Shown: positions 24,050 to 37,457 of the stretch, in pieces | Layout of the letters: each line of letters opens with the position of its first letter | Position numbering within the stretch: position 1 is the stretch's first letter | NCBI GenBank assembly: GCA_030390025.1 | Contig: CM059432.1 | Coordinates: 124,002,001-124,066,000 of the forward strand | Length of the DNA: 64,000 nucleotides | Origin: Squalus acanthias | Taxonomy: Eukaryota | Reading direction: 5' to 3' | Position numbers and translations under genes: made by a program | Notes under the pieces: generated by a model | Databases searched by the model: none | What the model saw: only the letters and a program-made list of their open reading frames with translations | What the model was told of the DNA's origin: nothing

Positions 24050-26021
24050 TGAGCTGGTCACCAGAATCGCTGATTAATGAACACATCCCTCACATTGATT
24101 GCTGCAAGGTGTTGAGGTGGCCCTCCCTCTGCTGCTTCCTCGCCTTCCCCAATCTTCCTTGACTGATGAGGACCTGCTGCTGCTGCTGCTACTTTGCCTC
24201 CTCCAACTGCAGGCTTCTCCGTATGGCAAGGTTATGCAAGATGGAGCAGACAACTACGATGCGGGAGACCCTTTGTGGGGTATATTGTAGGGAGCCCTGA
24301 GTCCTGTCCAGAAACCTGAACCTCTGTTTGAGCAGCTGAGGTGCAGCAGACGGCAGCCGATCGCTCACCCCTCGAGCACCCAGAAGGCGCTAGCTACAAG
24401 CATCTCAAAGGTCCCAACATGAGCAACAGCAGCCTTCCACCAGCTTTGCTGAGGCCACTAGGGGAGCTCCTGGTAGCAGTACTAGAGTTAGGAAAACTAT
24501 TTTTCCTCTGGTGTGCTCAATAATCATCCTGTTGATCACATGACATTGATTATATCTGTGTTGCTCAGACGTGGTGCGGTTGCAGAGGGGTGATAGGAGC
24601 CACATGTCTATGGGGTATCCCGTGTCACCCAGCAGCTATCTGGTCACGTTGGTGGAAAGATCAAATATTGGGGAATGGTTGAGTATCATGGAATAAATGC
24701 ACCATGACAGCTGCCTGGGTACCTTGCACAAACTTGCATGATCCTGTTTCTGTAATCAGAGGCAACAACAACAAGTTGCATTTATATAGCACCTTTAACA
24801 TAGTAAGATGTCTCAAGGTGCTTCACAGGAGCATTATCAAACACATGTTGACACCGAGCCAGAAAAGGAGATCGTAGAACAGATGAAAGAGGTAGGTTTT
24901 AAGGAGCGTCTTAAAGGAGGAAATAGAGGTAGAGAGGTGGAGAGGTTTAGGGAGGGAATTCCAGAGCTTAGGGGCCTAGGCAGCTGAAGGCAATGGCACC
25001 AATGGTAGAGTGATGATAATCAGGCTGCACAAGAGGAGTGCAGAGATCTTGGAGGGCTGTAGGGCTGGAGGTTATTACAGAGATAGGGAGGGGCGAGGCC
25101 ATGGAGGGTTTTGAAAACAAGAATGAGAATTTTAAAATCGAGGCACTGCGAACAGGGAGTGTAGGTTAGCGAGCACAGGGGTGATGGGTGAACGGGACTT
25201 GGTGCGAGTTAGGATTCGGGCAGCAGGGTTTTGGATGAGCTCAAGTTTATGTAGGGTGGGAGATAGGAGGTCGGCCAGGCGAGCATTAGAATAAGTCTAG
25301 AGATAGCAAAGGCATGGATGAGGGTTTCAGCAGCAGATGAGCTGAGGCAGAGGCAGAGTTGAGCGATGTTATGAAGGTGGAAGTAGGTGGTCTTGGTGAT
25401 GGGTGCAAGTTTGGATATGGACAGTAGCCCTGGAGACTAACTAGTCTTTAATGGAGTGGAAGTCTTTTTCCATTGATGAATGCTGGTGGCTGGTCTTCTG
25501 GTGCCCTGCGGGCAACATATGTGCAGTCAATAGCCCCCTGGATGGGAAGGAGGCTGCAATCCTGGAACTCCCTCCTGTTAATTGTTGAGGCCAATGGGGA
25601 AGGCGATGTACTAGTTAGCCCTGGTGAACAGGGTGTCGGTGACGTGCTTAATGCAGCTGTGTACTGCAGACTGAGAGATGTGGGAAATGTCCCCTGTAGC
25701 AGACTGGAAGGAGCCAGTGGCAAAGAAGTTAAGGGCTATGGTGACTTTGACAGTAACTGGCAAAGCAAGGCCACCTGGTCCAGCAGGCAGCAGGTCCTGG
25801 TTGCAGGAGGCTGCAGAGGTCTGCCACAGCCTGTCTGGAACAGTGCAGCCTCCTGATGTACTGCTCTTCAGATACATCCAAGAAACTGACCTTTCTCCTT
25901 GTCCACACCGTGTGCCAGGCCTCGTATGATCTGCTGTCTTGTAATAGGCATTGCTGCTACTGGTTGCTGGTTGCTGAGGCTGTTGCTGCTTCTGGCCCTC
26001 TTCTGCCAACTGGCCCTCCAT
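24050..26021 (-). pseudogene. Harbinger (HARBI1-like) DDE transposase remnant
   Basis: LPVTVKVTIALNFFATGSFQSATGDISHISQSAVHSCIKHVTDTLF, IQGAIDCTYV, HRYNQCH...IIEHT, LLKQRF motifs; interrupted by L2 and by an internal duplication. Confidence 0.85.
24763..25403 (-). mobile_element. L2 LINE 3' fragment
   Basis: Reverse-complement similarity to 37880-38630; L2-type tail ctatataaatgcaacttgttgttgttg. Confidence 0.85.
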
Positions 26022-26280
26022 TCAAATGAAACTGGTCATAATAGCACCCATTATAAGCAGGAAAAGGTTACTGAAGATATGCAAGGCAAAAAATGTGAGA
26101 AAGAGTGATCTGGAAGCTGGAAACTCTCCTGGCAATCCAAACAACACAATGGCGCACAGATCCTGTGATCGAATTACCTGCAGGTGAGTCCCCTTTAAAT
26201 ACTGCTTCAGTGACCCTGAGAGACCAATCCCGCTAGGTTTTACTGGCGGGTTGAGTGCTAGCCGGGATTTATATTAAAAT

Positions 26281-26544
26281 ATATATTATATTTGATGTAA
26301 TGTTTTCCTGACTGACCTGTTTGGACACCATCCACACCTTTGATTGGCGTAATTATCTCTCTGCCGAGGTGTGATAAAGGGCAGTTAGAAAGATTAACTG
26401 TAATCATCTGGCAGTGTTCTCTGACTATATATGCTGTGCCTATATACATCTCTTCACTTCACCTGACGAAGGAGCAGCGCTCCGAAAGCTTGTGATTTCA
26501 AATAAAGCTGTTGGACTATAACCTGGTGTTGTGCGACTTCTCAC
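26281..26544 (+). mobile_element. Penelope-like element terminal fragment with hammerhead ribozyme
   Basis: 14-bp TSD atttatattaaaat (26267-26280, 26545-26558); hammerhead motif followed by AATAAA (26501-26506); second copy at 39841-40053. Confidence 0.75.
26459..26495 (+). ncRNA. Minimal type I hammerhead ribozyme
   Basis: tcac-CTGACGA-a-ggagc-agc-gctcc-GAAA-gctt-gtga: intact CUGANGA and GAAA core, 5-bp stem II, palindromic AAGCTT stem III, 4-bp stem I. Confidence 0.8.
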
Positions 26545-27619
26545 ATTTATATTAAAATGACACTGGGGTCCAAATTGCGTGATGGGACCTTGATTTACAT
26601 GTATTCATGAGCCTACTGCCTGTCTCTGGCAGGCACCTTGACGGAGTCTGAAAACTGTACAGTTAAAATGGTGGCCGACAGGAACACATCGTGAACGGAG
26701 TGTATTGTGCAGACTTCCTGCTGGGAGGACAGCGTTAAAACCGCCTCTAAAATATCATTTTAATTTCAAATAGTTCCTGCCACAACAGCGTGAATGTTTT
26801 ATAAAATAACTCCACTGTCATAAAAAAAAGATTAATCTTTGGACTGTGCAACTAAAATTAAACTGAATGAATTCACACTTGATATATAGGTAGAGGGCAT
26901 GTTACCTGTGTACTTTTCACCTGACTGCCCTTCTATTCTCCCTGCAGAATATATTACACTACCCAATCATTCTTATAGTTCACCCTGAAAATATGTGAGA
27001 TTAATGAAACTAATTATAGTGCTTTCCAGTAAGATGGAATGACCAATCAACACAACTGAGTTTCAATTTTTTTTTAATCTGTATCACAGCCAAAAATGGT
27101 CAATTTATTTTAACAAAACAGGTATTGCGCTGGCTTGAGCTAGAATGATTAAGCAGCATGGATTACAGTGTAGCCTGTATCAGTCTAGCAAACTTTCTAT
27201 AATACATTATAATAGAGAGCACAAAAAGAAATGTACACTAATTAAAGTGTGCTGAACCGCACATACTTAACCACGGGGTACAGATGATGCCACTTGCTGC
27301 ATATATGGTATTCATTTGCTAATTCAACTGATTTCGATAACAAATTGTGATGGAATAGCAAGGTTTCTGAATAACAGAAGTTTACATACAAAGACTGATT
27401 GCCCTAAGGTGGGGAAAATGGTATGTGAGTTTCCATGTTGGTACTCAGGACCATCCGAGAAAGCGAAGATAACCCACTAGGTTATAACAAGTGTAAGGAG
27501 CTCATGGACTTTTTTGTCACTTCATATGAAACCATCCATTCAATTGCCTCTGCTGCTTTCCTCTTGCCCACAAAGCCAAACCTCTGCCCAGGCTAATTCT
27601 ACCCTAGCCCGGAACACCT

Positions 27620-29236
27620 GGAACCTTTCGTTTCTCTCCTATCTTCCCTCCTGCTTTCTCCAAGCTCGTTTCGTCCATGAGACCCACCTCCTGCTCCCTT
27701 GAGCCCATTGCCACTAAACTGCTGATCGCCCAATTTCCTTTCTAGTCAACTCTGTTAAATGACATTGTAAATGGTCCCTCTCCAGGTACTGCAACTCTCC
27801 CTTTCAAAACCTTCCTTTCATTAGCCCCCTTCTCAAAAAAAACCCTTGATCCCTCTGTCCTTGTATACTATTACCCCATCTCCAACCTCCCTTTCCATTC
27901 CAAAGTGTTTGAACAGGTTACTGCCTCCTAAATCCATGCCTATTTTTTCCACAACTCCATGTTGAATCTCTCCAAAGTGGTTGCCAACTTCTCCCACAGC
28001 ATATAAATGGCCCTAAGTAAAGTCACAAATGGCATCCTCTGTGACTGTGACAATGGTCCATTAATCCTCCTCATCCTCCTTGACCTCTGTGTAGTCTTTA
28101 AAAAATCAACCACACCATCCTGCTCCAATGCCTCTTCCCCATTGTCCAGCTCTGGGCCGCTGCACTTTTATCTGGTTTCACTTTTACTTACCTCCAGTCG
28201 TTGCCAGACCATCTCCAGCAATGACTTTTCTACCCCCTCATCGTGACATCTGGAGTCCCCCAAAGATCTATCCTTGGTCGTCTCCTGTTCCTCATCTACA
28301 TGCTGCCCCTTATTGACATCACCCAGCTTATATGTACAGTAATGACACCCAGCTCTACCTCTTCATTACCTCTCTCGACCTCTCCACTGCCTCTGTGTTG
28401 TCAGACTGCTTGTCTAACATCCAGTCTTGGATGTGCTGCAATTTCGACCAGTTAAAAATTGGGAAGACTGAAGCTATCACCTTTGACACCCCATCACAAG
28501 TTCCATATACTTGCCACCAATTTCATCTCTCTCCTTGGCATTTTCTCAGACGGTTCGTAACCTAGGCATCTGATTTGACTCCAAGCTGAGCTTCCAATTC
28601 CATATCCTCTCCATCATAAAGACCACCTCCTTCCACCTCTGTATCATTGTCCGCATCAGCACATCTGCTGCAGAAACCTACATCTACACTTATGTCACCT
28701 CCAGACTTGACTATTGCATTGCTCTGCTGGCTGGCCTCCCAGCCTCCATCCTCCATAAACTTCAGCTCATACAAAACTCTGCTACCTGTTTTGTATCCCG
28801 CACCAAGTCCCACTCACCCATCACTTCTGTTCTCATTGACTTACATTGGCTCCCAGGCCACAGATGCCTGAAAACTCAAATTTTCTTCTCCATATTTATA
28901 TCACTTCTTGGCCTTGCCCCGGTCTATCTCTGTAACTTCCTCCAGCCCTACAACCTCCCCCCGAAAATCTCTATTCCTCTGACTCTAGCCCATCATCCCA
29001 TCATTGGAGGCCATGCCTTCAGCTGCTTGGGCCCAATGCTCTCTGCAATTTCCCTCCACCCCTGTCCCCTCTGCCTCTCCACTTTCCTCTCCTCCTTTAA
29101 GAGCCTCCTTTAAATCCATGTCTTTAATCAAACTTTTTGCCACCCTTCCTTATATCTCCTTTTTCTGATTATGTAACTGTTGGGCTGTCTTTCTACATTA
29201 AAGGAACTATATAAATACAAGTTCTTGATGTTGTTA
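27620..29236 (+). mobile_element. Decayed L2 LINE (RT to 3' end)
   Basis: ALSKVTNGIL...LILLDL, TSGVPQRSILG, YSNDTQLY, LKIGKTEAI; tail ctatataaatacaagttcttgatgttgtt. Confidence 0.85.
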
Positions 29237-30984
29237 TTGGTAGAGTGTGGAGTTGACTTCGCTAGATTTGACCAGCTCACACACATCATTAACAAAATTA
29301 AATTATGTTCCTTGTATGTTTACTGGATGGGGAATGAGGAGTACAGCAGCTCTTAATTTCACTCAAGAGAATAGCTATGCATCCAGGATCAAGTGCCAGA
29401 ACAGCCTCCTTCGACAAGAAGACTCTGCATGTGCTGTTGGAGGAGGTGGACCAGAGGAAGGTGGCAACGTCTGGGGACATAAGGAACCCTCCAAACCACA
29501 CCAATGAGCATCAAGCATGGAAGGAGATGGCCAACAGAGTCAATGCAGTCTACCACATACATGGGCCATGCAAGCAAACAAGGAATTCTCTGGATTAAGG
29601 AAGAGTGTCAAAGTAAAGTTAACTAAAATGTGCCAACTCAAATAAAAGGAGCAGTTTTACTATGTATGCACTAATTAATAAAAGCTACAGGGCTATGGGG
29701 GCGAGGAGGGAAGTGGAATTAGTTATAAATTGTGCGAGCAAAGAGCTGACACAGACATGACCTCCTTTATACTGTAAATCTCTACGGTTCTATGACCCAA
29801 AACATGGCACCACATCAGCAAAATAGCATGAAAAAAACTGGCCTGATCCTCAAATCATGCACCCCCTAACTACCATGTCTGTAAAGCTACAACAAACACT
29901 TACAGAGAGAAAAGCTTCTTTTCCCTTAACTAATTGTTGCACCTTTGTTCACCAAGTCCATATGGCCCCACAAGCTATTTCCATGCTATGTAGTCATTGC
30001 TTCACACAAGGTTTAATGTAGCCTGGGCACTTGGGTGCATCTCATGTTACATCCAGATGCTGAAAATGTCTGTTTGAACTGGTTTTAAAGGAAAGGTCAC
30101 CTACAACCATGGAGAGAGAAATCACACAGGTGGAGGCCAAGCTAACCTGTATCACCTACTCCACCATGAGGAGCTTGCCCGACAAATCATAGGGGTGGAG
30201 GCCATAAAGAGAAAGGGAAAACTTGGTGGCTTTGTGCCATTCCAACAAGGTATGTGTTTTCTTCAACTTCTACTTGTTTGCCCTTCGAGTTCACTCACTT
30301 GGCCTTGTTAATGTGTGCAGATTTCATACTTCATGCTCATCCATGTTTCTATGTTCTGTGTAGGGGCCTCAAAAATGATAACACTCCTAATGGAGATGAG
30401 TAAATAGCTGGCACTGTACACGAGCACCGACCAAGCACTCGAGGGCCCGAAAGCACCAGCTCACATACATTCATTCAAGGGGAATCCGACAGAGAGAGGG
30501 TTGGGGGTTAGGACCTGCTGAATCAATGAGCATCAGTGAGGAGAAGCAAGTGGACGTGGCAGCAGGCAAGCAGCGACAAGAAGGGAGGACTAGGGCATCT
30601 GCTGTGAGACCCATGGATTCGCACTTTACACGGGCTGCACGCAGAGCTGAACCTGTTAATCAGCAGAAGCATTTCATCCAGTCATTTCAGGTTGCCTGCA
30701 TGGAGCAGCAAAGAATATCCAGCAGTGCAGCTTCACTATCTATGCAGGAATGTGAGAGGGTTGTGGATACCTGCAGAGCCCCATGGAACAAGTAACAATT
30801 TCAGGGACATCCAGAGTTAAGTCTGCGAGGACAGAGAGCCCAACACAGCTGCTGTTTTGGTGGCCAGTGTTGTTTCTGCAGCTATTGAGACCTTGGTCTC
30901 CAGTTTGCAGGAAGGTCTCGTTTCTGGCCCCCAAGAGGTGAAGAGATTAGCTTGATGGCAGGCTTTACACTCCTTAGTGGCAGC

Positions 30985-33900
30985 CAAGGAGCGTGCTAGT
31001 GAGTACAGAAATAGGAAGATAGAGCAGATGAATGCGTGGCTGGAGAGATGGTGTCGGAGGGAGGGCTTTAGATTCCTGAGGAATTGGAACCATTTCTGGG
31101 GGAGGTGCGACCTCTACAAGCCAGATGGGTTGCACCTCAACGGGAACGGGACCAATATCCTCGCGGGAGGGTTTGCTAGTGCTGTTGGGGAGGGTTTAAA
31201 CTAGCTTGGCAGGGGGATGGGAACCTAAGAATAGAGTCAGTAGGGAGGGAAGAAAAACTGGAATTGCAAACAAAAACGTAGAAAGTACATTGGAAGGACA
31301 GAGGAATCAAGGGCTAGATAGTAGTCAACAAGGAGGTTTGCCTGTATTAAAAGGTATATACTTCAATGCAAGGAGAATAGCAAACAAGGCAGATGAGCTG
31401 AGGGCAGAGGTAGATACTTGGGACTTATGATATTATAGCTATTACACAGACATAGCTGAAAGAGGGGCAGGTATGGCAGCTCAAAATTCCTGGTTACAGG
31501 ATTTTCAGACGGGATAGAGAGGGAGGTAAAAAGGGAGGGGGGGTCGCGGTATTCATTAAAGAAACTATTACAGCTGTGAGGAGGGATGATATGTTGGAGG
31601 GATCATCAAACGAGGCCATATGGGTCGAATTGAAAAACAAAAAAGGGGCAATCACACTGCTGGGAGTGTACTACAGACCCTCAAACAGTGAGAGGGAGAT
31701 AGAAGAACAAATATGTAGACAAATTTCTGAGAAGTGCAAAAACTATAGGGCAGTAATAGTAGGGGATTTCAACTACCCCAATATTAACTGGGATAAAATT
31801 AGTGTGAAGGGTATAGAGGGTGCGGAATTCCTAAAATGCATCCAGGAGAACTTTTTTAGCCACTATGTAGCAAGCCCAACAAGGGAGGAGGAGGTTCTGA
31901 ACTTAGTTTTAGGGAATGAAGCTGGGCAGGTAGAAGGCGTATCAGTGGGGGAGCATTTTGGTGCTAGTGACCATAATTCAGTTAGATTTAAGGTAGTTAT
32001 GGAAAAGGACAAGGAAAGACCAGGAATAAAAATTCTAAATTGGGGAAAAGCAAATTTTGCTAAGCTCAGAGGGTATTTAGCCATAGTGGACTGGAAACAG
32101 CTACCTGAAGGTAAATCAGTGTCAGAGCAGTGGGAGGCATTCAAGGAGGAGATCCAAAGGGTTCAGACCAAATATGTGCCCTTAAAGAAATTGGTGGGAC
32201 TAACAAATCTAGAGCCCCCTGGGTGTCTAGGGACATACAAGGTAGGATAAAGAAAAAAAGGGAGGCGTATGACAGATACCGAGGGCTAAATACTCCAGAA
32301 TCTTTAGAGGAGTACAGAAAGTGCAGGGGTGCAATTAAAAATTATATTAGGAAAGCAAAGAGAGAGCATGAAAAATTCTTGGCAAGTAAAATCAAGGAAA
32401 ACCCAAAGATGTTTTATAAATATATCAAGAGTAAGAGGATAACTAAAGAAAGGGTAGGGCCCATTAGAGATCATGAGGGTAATCTGTGTGTGGAGGCGGG
32501 AGACGTCGGGAGGGATCTTAATGAATACTTTGCGTCTGTTTTCACAAAGGAGAGAGGTGAAGCATACATTGCTATCAGGGAGGAGGAGTGTGAAATATTA
32601 GATGAAATAAACATAGTGAGAGAGGAAGTATTAAGGGGTTTAGTAGCTTCAAAAGTGGATAAATCCCCAGGCCCGGATGAAATATATCCCAGGCTGTTAA
32701 GCGAAGCAAAAGAGGAAATAGCAGAGGCCCTGACCATCATTTTCTAATCCTCTCTGGCTTCAGGTGTGGTGCCGGAGGACTGGAGGACTGCTAATGTGGT
32801 ACCCTTGTTTAAAAAGGGAGAAAAGGATAGACCGAGTAATTACAGGCCAGTCAGCCTAACCTCGGTGGTGGGAAAATTATTGGAAAGAATTCTGAAGGAC
32901 AGGATAAATCTTCATTTAGAATGAATCAAGGATAGTCAGCACGGATTTGTTAAGGGAAGGTCGTGTCTGACAAACTTGATTGAATTTTTTGAGGAGGTAA
33001 CAAGGAGGGTAGATGAGGGTAGTGTGTTTGATGTAGTCTATATGGACTTTAGCAAGGCTTTTGATAAGGTTCCACATGGCAGACTGGTCAGGAAGTTAAA
33101 AGCCCATGGGATCCAGGGCAAAGTGTCAAGTTGGATTCAAAACTGGCTCGGAGACAGAAAGCAGAGGGTAATGGTTGATGGGTGTTTTTGTGACTGGAAG
33201 GCTGTTTCCAGTGGGGTTCCGCAGGGCTCAGTACTAGGTCCCTTGCTTTTTGTGGTATATATCAATGATCTAGACTTGAATATAGGGGGTATGATTAAGA
33301 AGTTTGCAGATGATACTAAAATCAGCTGTGTGGTTGATACTGAAGAAGGAAGCTGTAGACTGCAGGAAGATATCAATAAATTGGTCAGGTGGGCAGAACC
33401 GTGGCAAATGGAATTCAATCCAGAGAAGTGTGAGTTAATGCATTTGGGGAGGGCTAACAAGGAAAGGGAATACACATTAAATGGTAGGACACTGAGTAGT
33501 GTAGAGGAACAAAGGGACCTTGGAGTGCATGTCCACAGATCCCTGAAGGTAGCAGGCCAGGTATATAAGGTGGTTAAGAAGGCATACGGAATGCTTGCCT
33601 TTATTAGCCGTGGCATAGAATACAAGAGCAGGGGGGTTATGCTTCAACTGTATAAAGCACTAGTTAGGCCTCAGCTAGAGTACTGCGTGCAGTTCTGGTC
33701 ACCACATTACAGGAAAGATGTGATTGCACTAGAGAGGGTACAGAGGAGATTTACAAAGATGTTGCCGGTTGTAGAGAATCTTAGCTATGAGGAAAGACTG
33801 GATAGGCTGGGTTTGTTTTCCTTGGAACAGAGGAGGCTGAGGGGAGACCTTATTGAGATGTATAAAATTATGAGGGGCCTAGATAAAGTGAATAGAAAGG

Positions 33901-34230
33901 ACCTATTTCCCTTAGCAGAGGGGTGAAAAACCAGGGGGCACAGATTTAAAGTCATTGGTGGAAGGTTTAGAGGGGATTTGAGGGTAAATTTCTTCACCCA
34001 GAGGGTTGTGGGGGTCTGGAACTCACTGCCTGAAAGGGTGGTAGAGGCAGAAACCCTAACCACATTTAAAAAGTACTTGGATGTGCACTTGGGATGCTGC
34101 AACCTGCAGGGCTACGGACCAAGAGCTGGGAAGTGGGATTAGGCTGGATAGCTCTTTGTTGGCCGGCGCGGACACGATGGGCCGAAATGGCCTCCTTCCG
34201 TGCTGTGACTTTCTATGATTCTATGATTCT
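30985..34230 (+). mobile_element. CR1 LINE with ORF1 end and nearly complete, disrupted ORF2
   Basis: ORF1 esterase DGLHLN; APE (IYFNAR, GVYYRP, VGDFN, SDH); RT (MDFSKAFDKV, SGVPQGSVLGP, FADDTK); (ttctatga)n tail to ~34230; several stops and frameshifts. Confidence 0.95.
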
Positions 34231-36117
34231 AAGGATCTGTCCCCACACAGAACCCATGTCGTCTGCAAGGGGCGCCCAGCAGCTGCAGCGTAGGAGCAAG
34301 GGGCACGGATGATTTGCCTCTCAGGGTGTTGACCCATCCAGCAAAGCAGCGGGTTGTCCTCAGAGAACCACAAAAGAGGCAGAGAAGGAACAGGAACAGC
34401 CAGCTAGCACCGAGCCGCTGAATGTCCCTGCAGAAAGAAGGAATTTTTCCAAAGCTTAGTCACAAGATCTGCCACCACTGTTGCTGCTCCACTGAGATCG
34501 CATTTAAAAGGTACACAAAACTAGGAAGTAGATAACAGATAATCTACACTCCTGCCAAGTGCAAACCCTGGAGAACTAAACATTAAAGCAGAACCTGGGT
34601 ATTGACTGGGCGGGTTACGTAGGCGGGGGGGGGGCGGAGTTTCGGGTGGGAAACCCGGAAGTCCAGGTTTCCCTGCATGCTGTGGAGGTTGGCCTGGTAG
34701 GGAAGACTCAATGGCCTCCAGTTAAAATTGCAGTTAAGCTACGATGACATCATCAGAGACCGGAGTTCTGCATATTTAAAGAAGGACCCCACTGCTTTAC
34801 GGTGGGCACCCCTCTCGCCTGCTCAGAACAGCAGGTTAATATTGGAACCCACGGGAAGGCAATGGTAGTTGCACCGGCCATTTTAACTACCCGCTCGCCC
34901 CATTTCTCCCGCCCTTTATATTCAAAAAGGACATATGAATGTTGGAGGTAGTGGGATACGGGCTGAGATAGTAGTAAAGGTTGTTGCAAATAGGTAGTGC
35001 AGATTGTTAATGGGGTAACTGTATTAAGCAAAATACCATAGGACTGTGAATCAGCCCTTTATATTCAGAAAGGACTGTGATTGCAAGGCCATAAAATGCA
35101 GCTTCTAAGTCAAATTCCTGTAAATCAAAAAATTAACACACTAGTTTTCTTGGCTGTACATCAGCTTTTCCCACCTTCTGTTCTTCCTTCTCCTTTGCCT
35201 GGTGCAGGGTGCTGCTGATGCTAATAACTTTAGTGATTTTCTCAGGACAGTAGAGCAGAACATGGTCTAACAAGACAGCAGAATCTGTTTCAACAATGCC
35301 AGCTGGATTTCAACTGAACTCCTATGGAACATGAGCCTCGGCCTCGGTTCGGAGATTCTTCACTGGTGTCAATAGCCAGTGCTCCAGGAAGTAGCTCTGG
35401 CCCTCTAGCAGCCTGCTGGGCTATTCTGCCTACTCCTTCAGAAAGTGCTGGCACATTGGGCTGGCGCAAAATGAAGGCATCATGGCTACTGACAATCCAC
35501 TTGCATTCTTCTGTTTCTGTCGTCCAACAACACCTGTATGGTGATGGAATGAAAGGCCCTTCTATTCAAATGTGCCATGGGATTTTGTTAGGCTTTGATG
35601 GCTACATGTGCATTGCTTGATGCATCGATGCATCGAAAACATCACCAATAATGGTTTGAAAGGATTCATTCACAAAACAAGTTGAATTCTGTGGTGACTT
35701 TCAGAGCAATAGGGCTGTCCCTGTACGGCTCAGGCTCCAGTACAATGGAAAACTGTGTCAGAGCCTCCCTTGTCAAGTGGATATGGTGAAGGCAGCTCTC
35801 CTCAGTCATGGCAAAGTAGATGTATCTGGGTCTGAATACATGGCTCCTGGACCGATTCCAAATGGACACCAGATGACTACGGTGCAGGTACAATTGCCTT
35901 TCTTCACTCCGCTGAACATCTTTTCCCTCTCTCTGAATCCCTGGTAGCATTGGCAGGCCCAGTGGAATGCCCACACTCTACAGGGTGCTTAGAGTGGAGG
36001 GTGGCAGCTGCTGTCAACAAAAAATGCTGTGGGTAGAGGCCTTTGTAGAAGGAACCCTGTGTTGCAAAAATTCAGCAACAAACAGCAGAAAAAGTTGCAA
36101 GTTCAGTAATGTAGAAA

Positions 36118-36488
36118 CAGCAGTGTGTACCACCTACAACATGCACTGCAGCAACTCGCCAAGGTTTCTTCGGCAGCACCTCCCAAACCCGCGACCGCTT
36201 CCACCTAGAGGGACAAGGGCAGCAGGCGCATGGGAACACCACCACCTGCAAGTTACCCTCCAAGTCACACACTATCCTGACTTGGCAATATATCGCTGAT
36301 CCTTCATCGTCACTGGGTCAAAATCCTGGAACTCCCTCCCGAACCGCACTGTGGGAGCACCTTCACCACACGGACAACAGCGGTTCAAGAAGGCGGCTCA
36401 CCACCACCTTCTCAAGGGCAATTAGGGATGGGCAATAAATGCTGGCCTTGCCAGCGGCGCCCGCATCCCAGGAACCAATAAAAAAAAA
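36118..36488 (+). mobile_element. 3' fragment of the LINE family at 16380-18823
   Basis: High similarity to the reverse complement of ~16396-16760; ends AATAAA...poly(A). Confidence 0.9.
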
Positions 36489-37457
36489 GCAGTATGATAA
36501 GGAAGCAAACTCCAACTTGCAAAACAAAAGTCTGTCCTAGTGTTAAGAATAGAACTTAATTACTAAACAGCATGGAAACGGATAAGCTCCCTGTTTTAAA
36601 TGGGTGGGAACAGCAGAAAGAGTAAGGATACAAGAGAACACAGAGAATTCCTTGTGGCAGCAATTCAAACTTGGGAGGACAGCGCTGCCGACACTCAGGC
36701 CTACCTGCTGAACTCTACAATGCACCTGCTGTGTACGCGAGGCTATTCTGAGTGCAATTATCAGGGAATCGGGTGTCTAAATTGGAAAAGACAAAGGGCG
36801 AGTTGGCATCGTGGACTGGAACTGCATCATGAAGCAGTCGGAAGTGGATTTATACGCATGATTCATCACACAGTGCGTTCTCGATCTAAGTCAGCTGTTT
36901 GGTGTAGGTGCTGAAGGGAAGCCAGACACTTACTCGCAGGAACCGAGGGTCATCACGGCCTGATCTCACTGCCAACCAGTCACACGGTAGCAGTAACAAA
37001 GAGCGGACGCATTTACCCCTTAAATTGTGAAGGGTAATTGACTGTTTCCAATGAACAAAGGGCAGAATCACAGTTTCACCCTTCTGTTCTCTAGCATTAG
37101 GATTTATAGACCACTTGGCATCGAGTTAACTGTACACCTCTAGTATCTATGAATACAAAAGTATATGATTTTATGGTTCAAAATATATTGCCATATTCCA
37201 CACACCAGTGATGTAAACAATGTTTTTGTAGAATCCAATGCCTCGAATAATTATCATTTCATTCTGCTGCAAAGTAACTTAAATCTCTGATGGATCTAAG
37301 AGCTTTGATTTAATTCATCCCAAATGTTTTGCCATCTCACTAGTCTTTCCCTTGACAGAAGTTGTTTGTTTGGTTTTTGACCCTGAAGAGAAGTCATTTA
37401 TTTTCTATCTTTTGCCAGTCTTCCTGTTTTCACAGTGGTTACACTTGATCTGGCATC

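Larger units (their letters stand above)
22372..26748. mobile_element. Decayed two-gene PIF/Harbinger transposon with nested insertions
   Basis: Degenerate ends gccctgattttaac / gttaaaaccgcctc; partner-gene remnants on + (22830-23600); transposase remnants on - (24050-26020). Confidence 0.75.
29245..37082. mobile_element. Large decayed two-gene Harbinger hosting several insertions
   Basis: Myb/SANT-like exon on + (FDKKTLHVLLEEV...QAWKEMANRVNA, 29377-29610), second exon-like piece (KVTYNHGERNHTGGG, ~30091-30250), transposase remnants on - (35330-35975: EESCLHHIHLTREA...IALKVT). Boundaries approximate. Confidence 0.55.

Noticed and set aside
25448..26021. Host HARBI1 gene
   Set aside because: Frameshifted, interrupted by L2, and inside a TIR-bounded element; a transposon remnant.
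26908..26943. 36-nt minus-strand micro-exon (RIEGQSGEKYT)
   Set aside because: Weak polypyrimidine tract; too short to distinguish from chance.
32976..33926. Functional reverse transcriptase gene (also 50887-51882)
   Set aside because: Fragments of CR1 ORF2 bounded by stops and frameshifts; not intact or domesticated genes.
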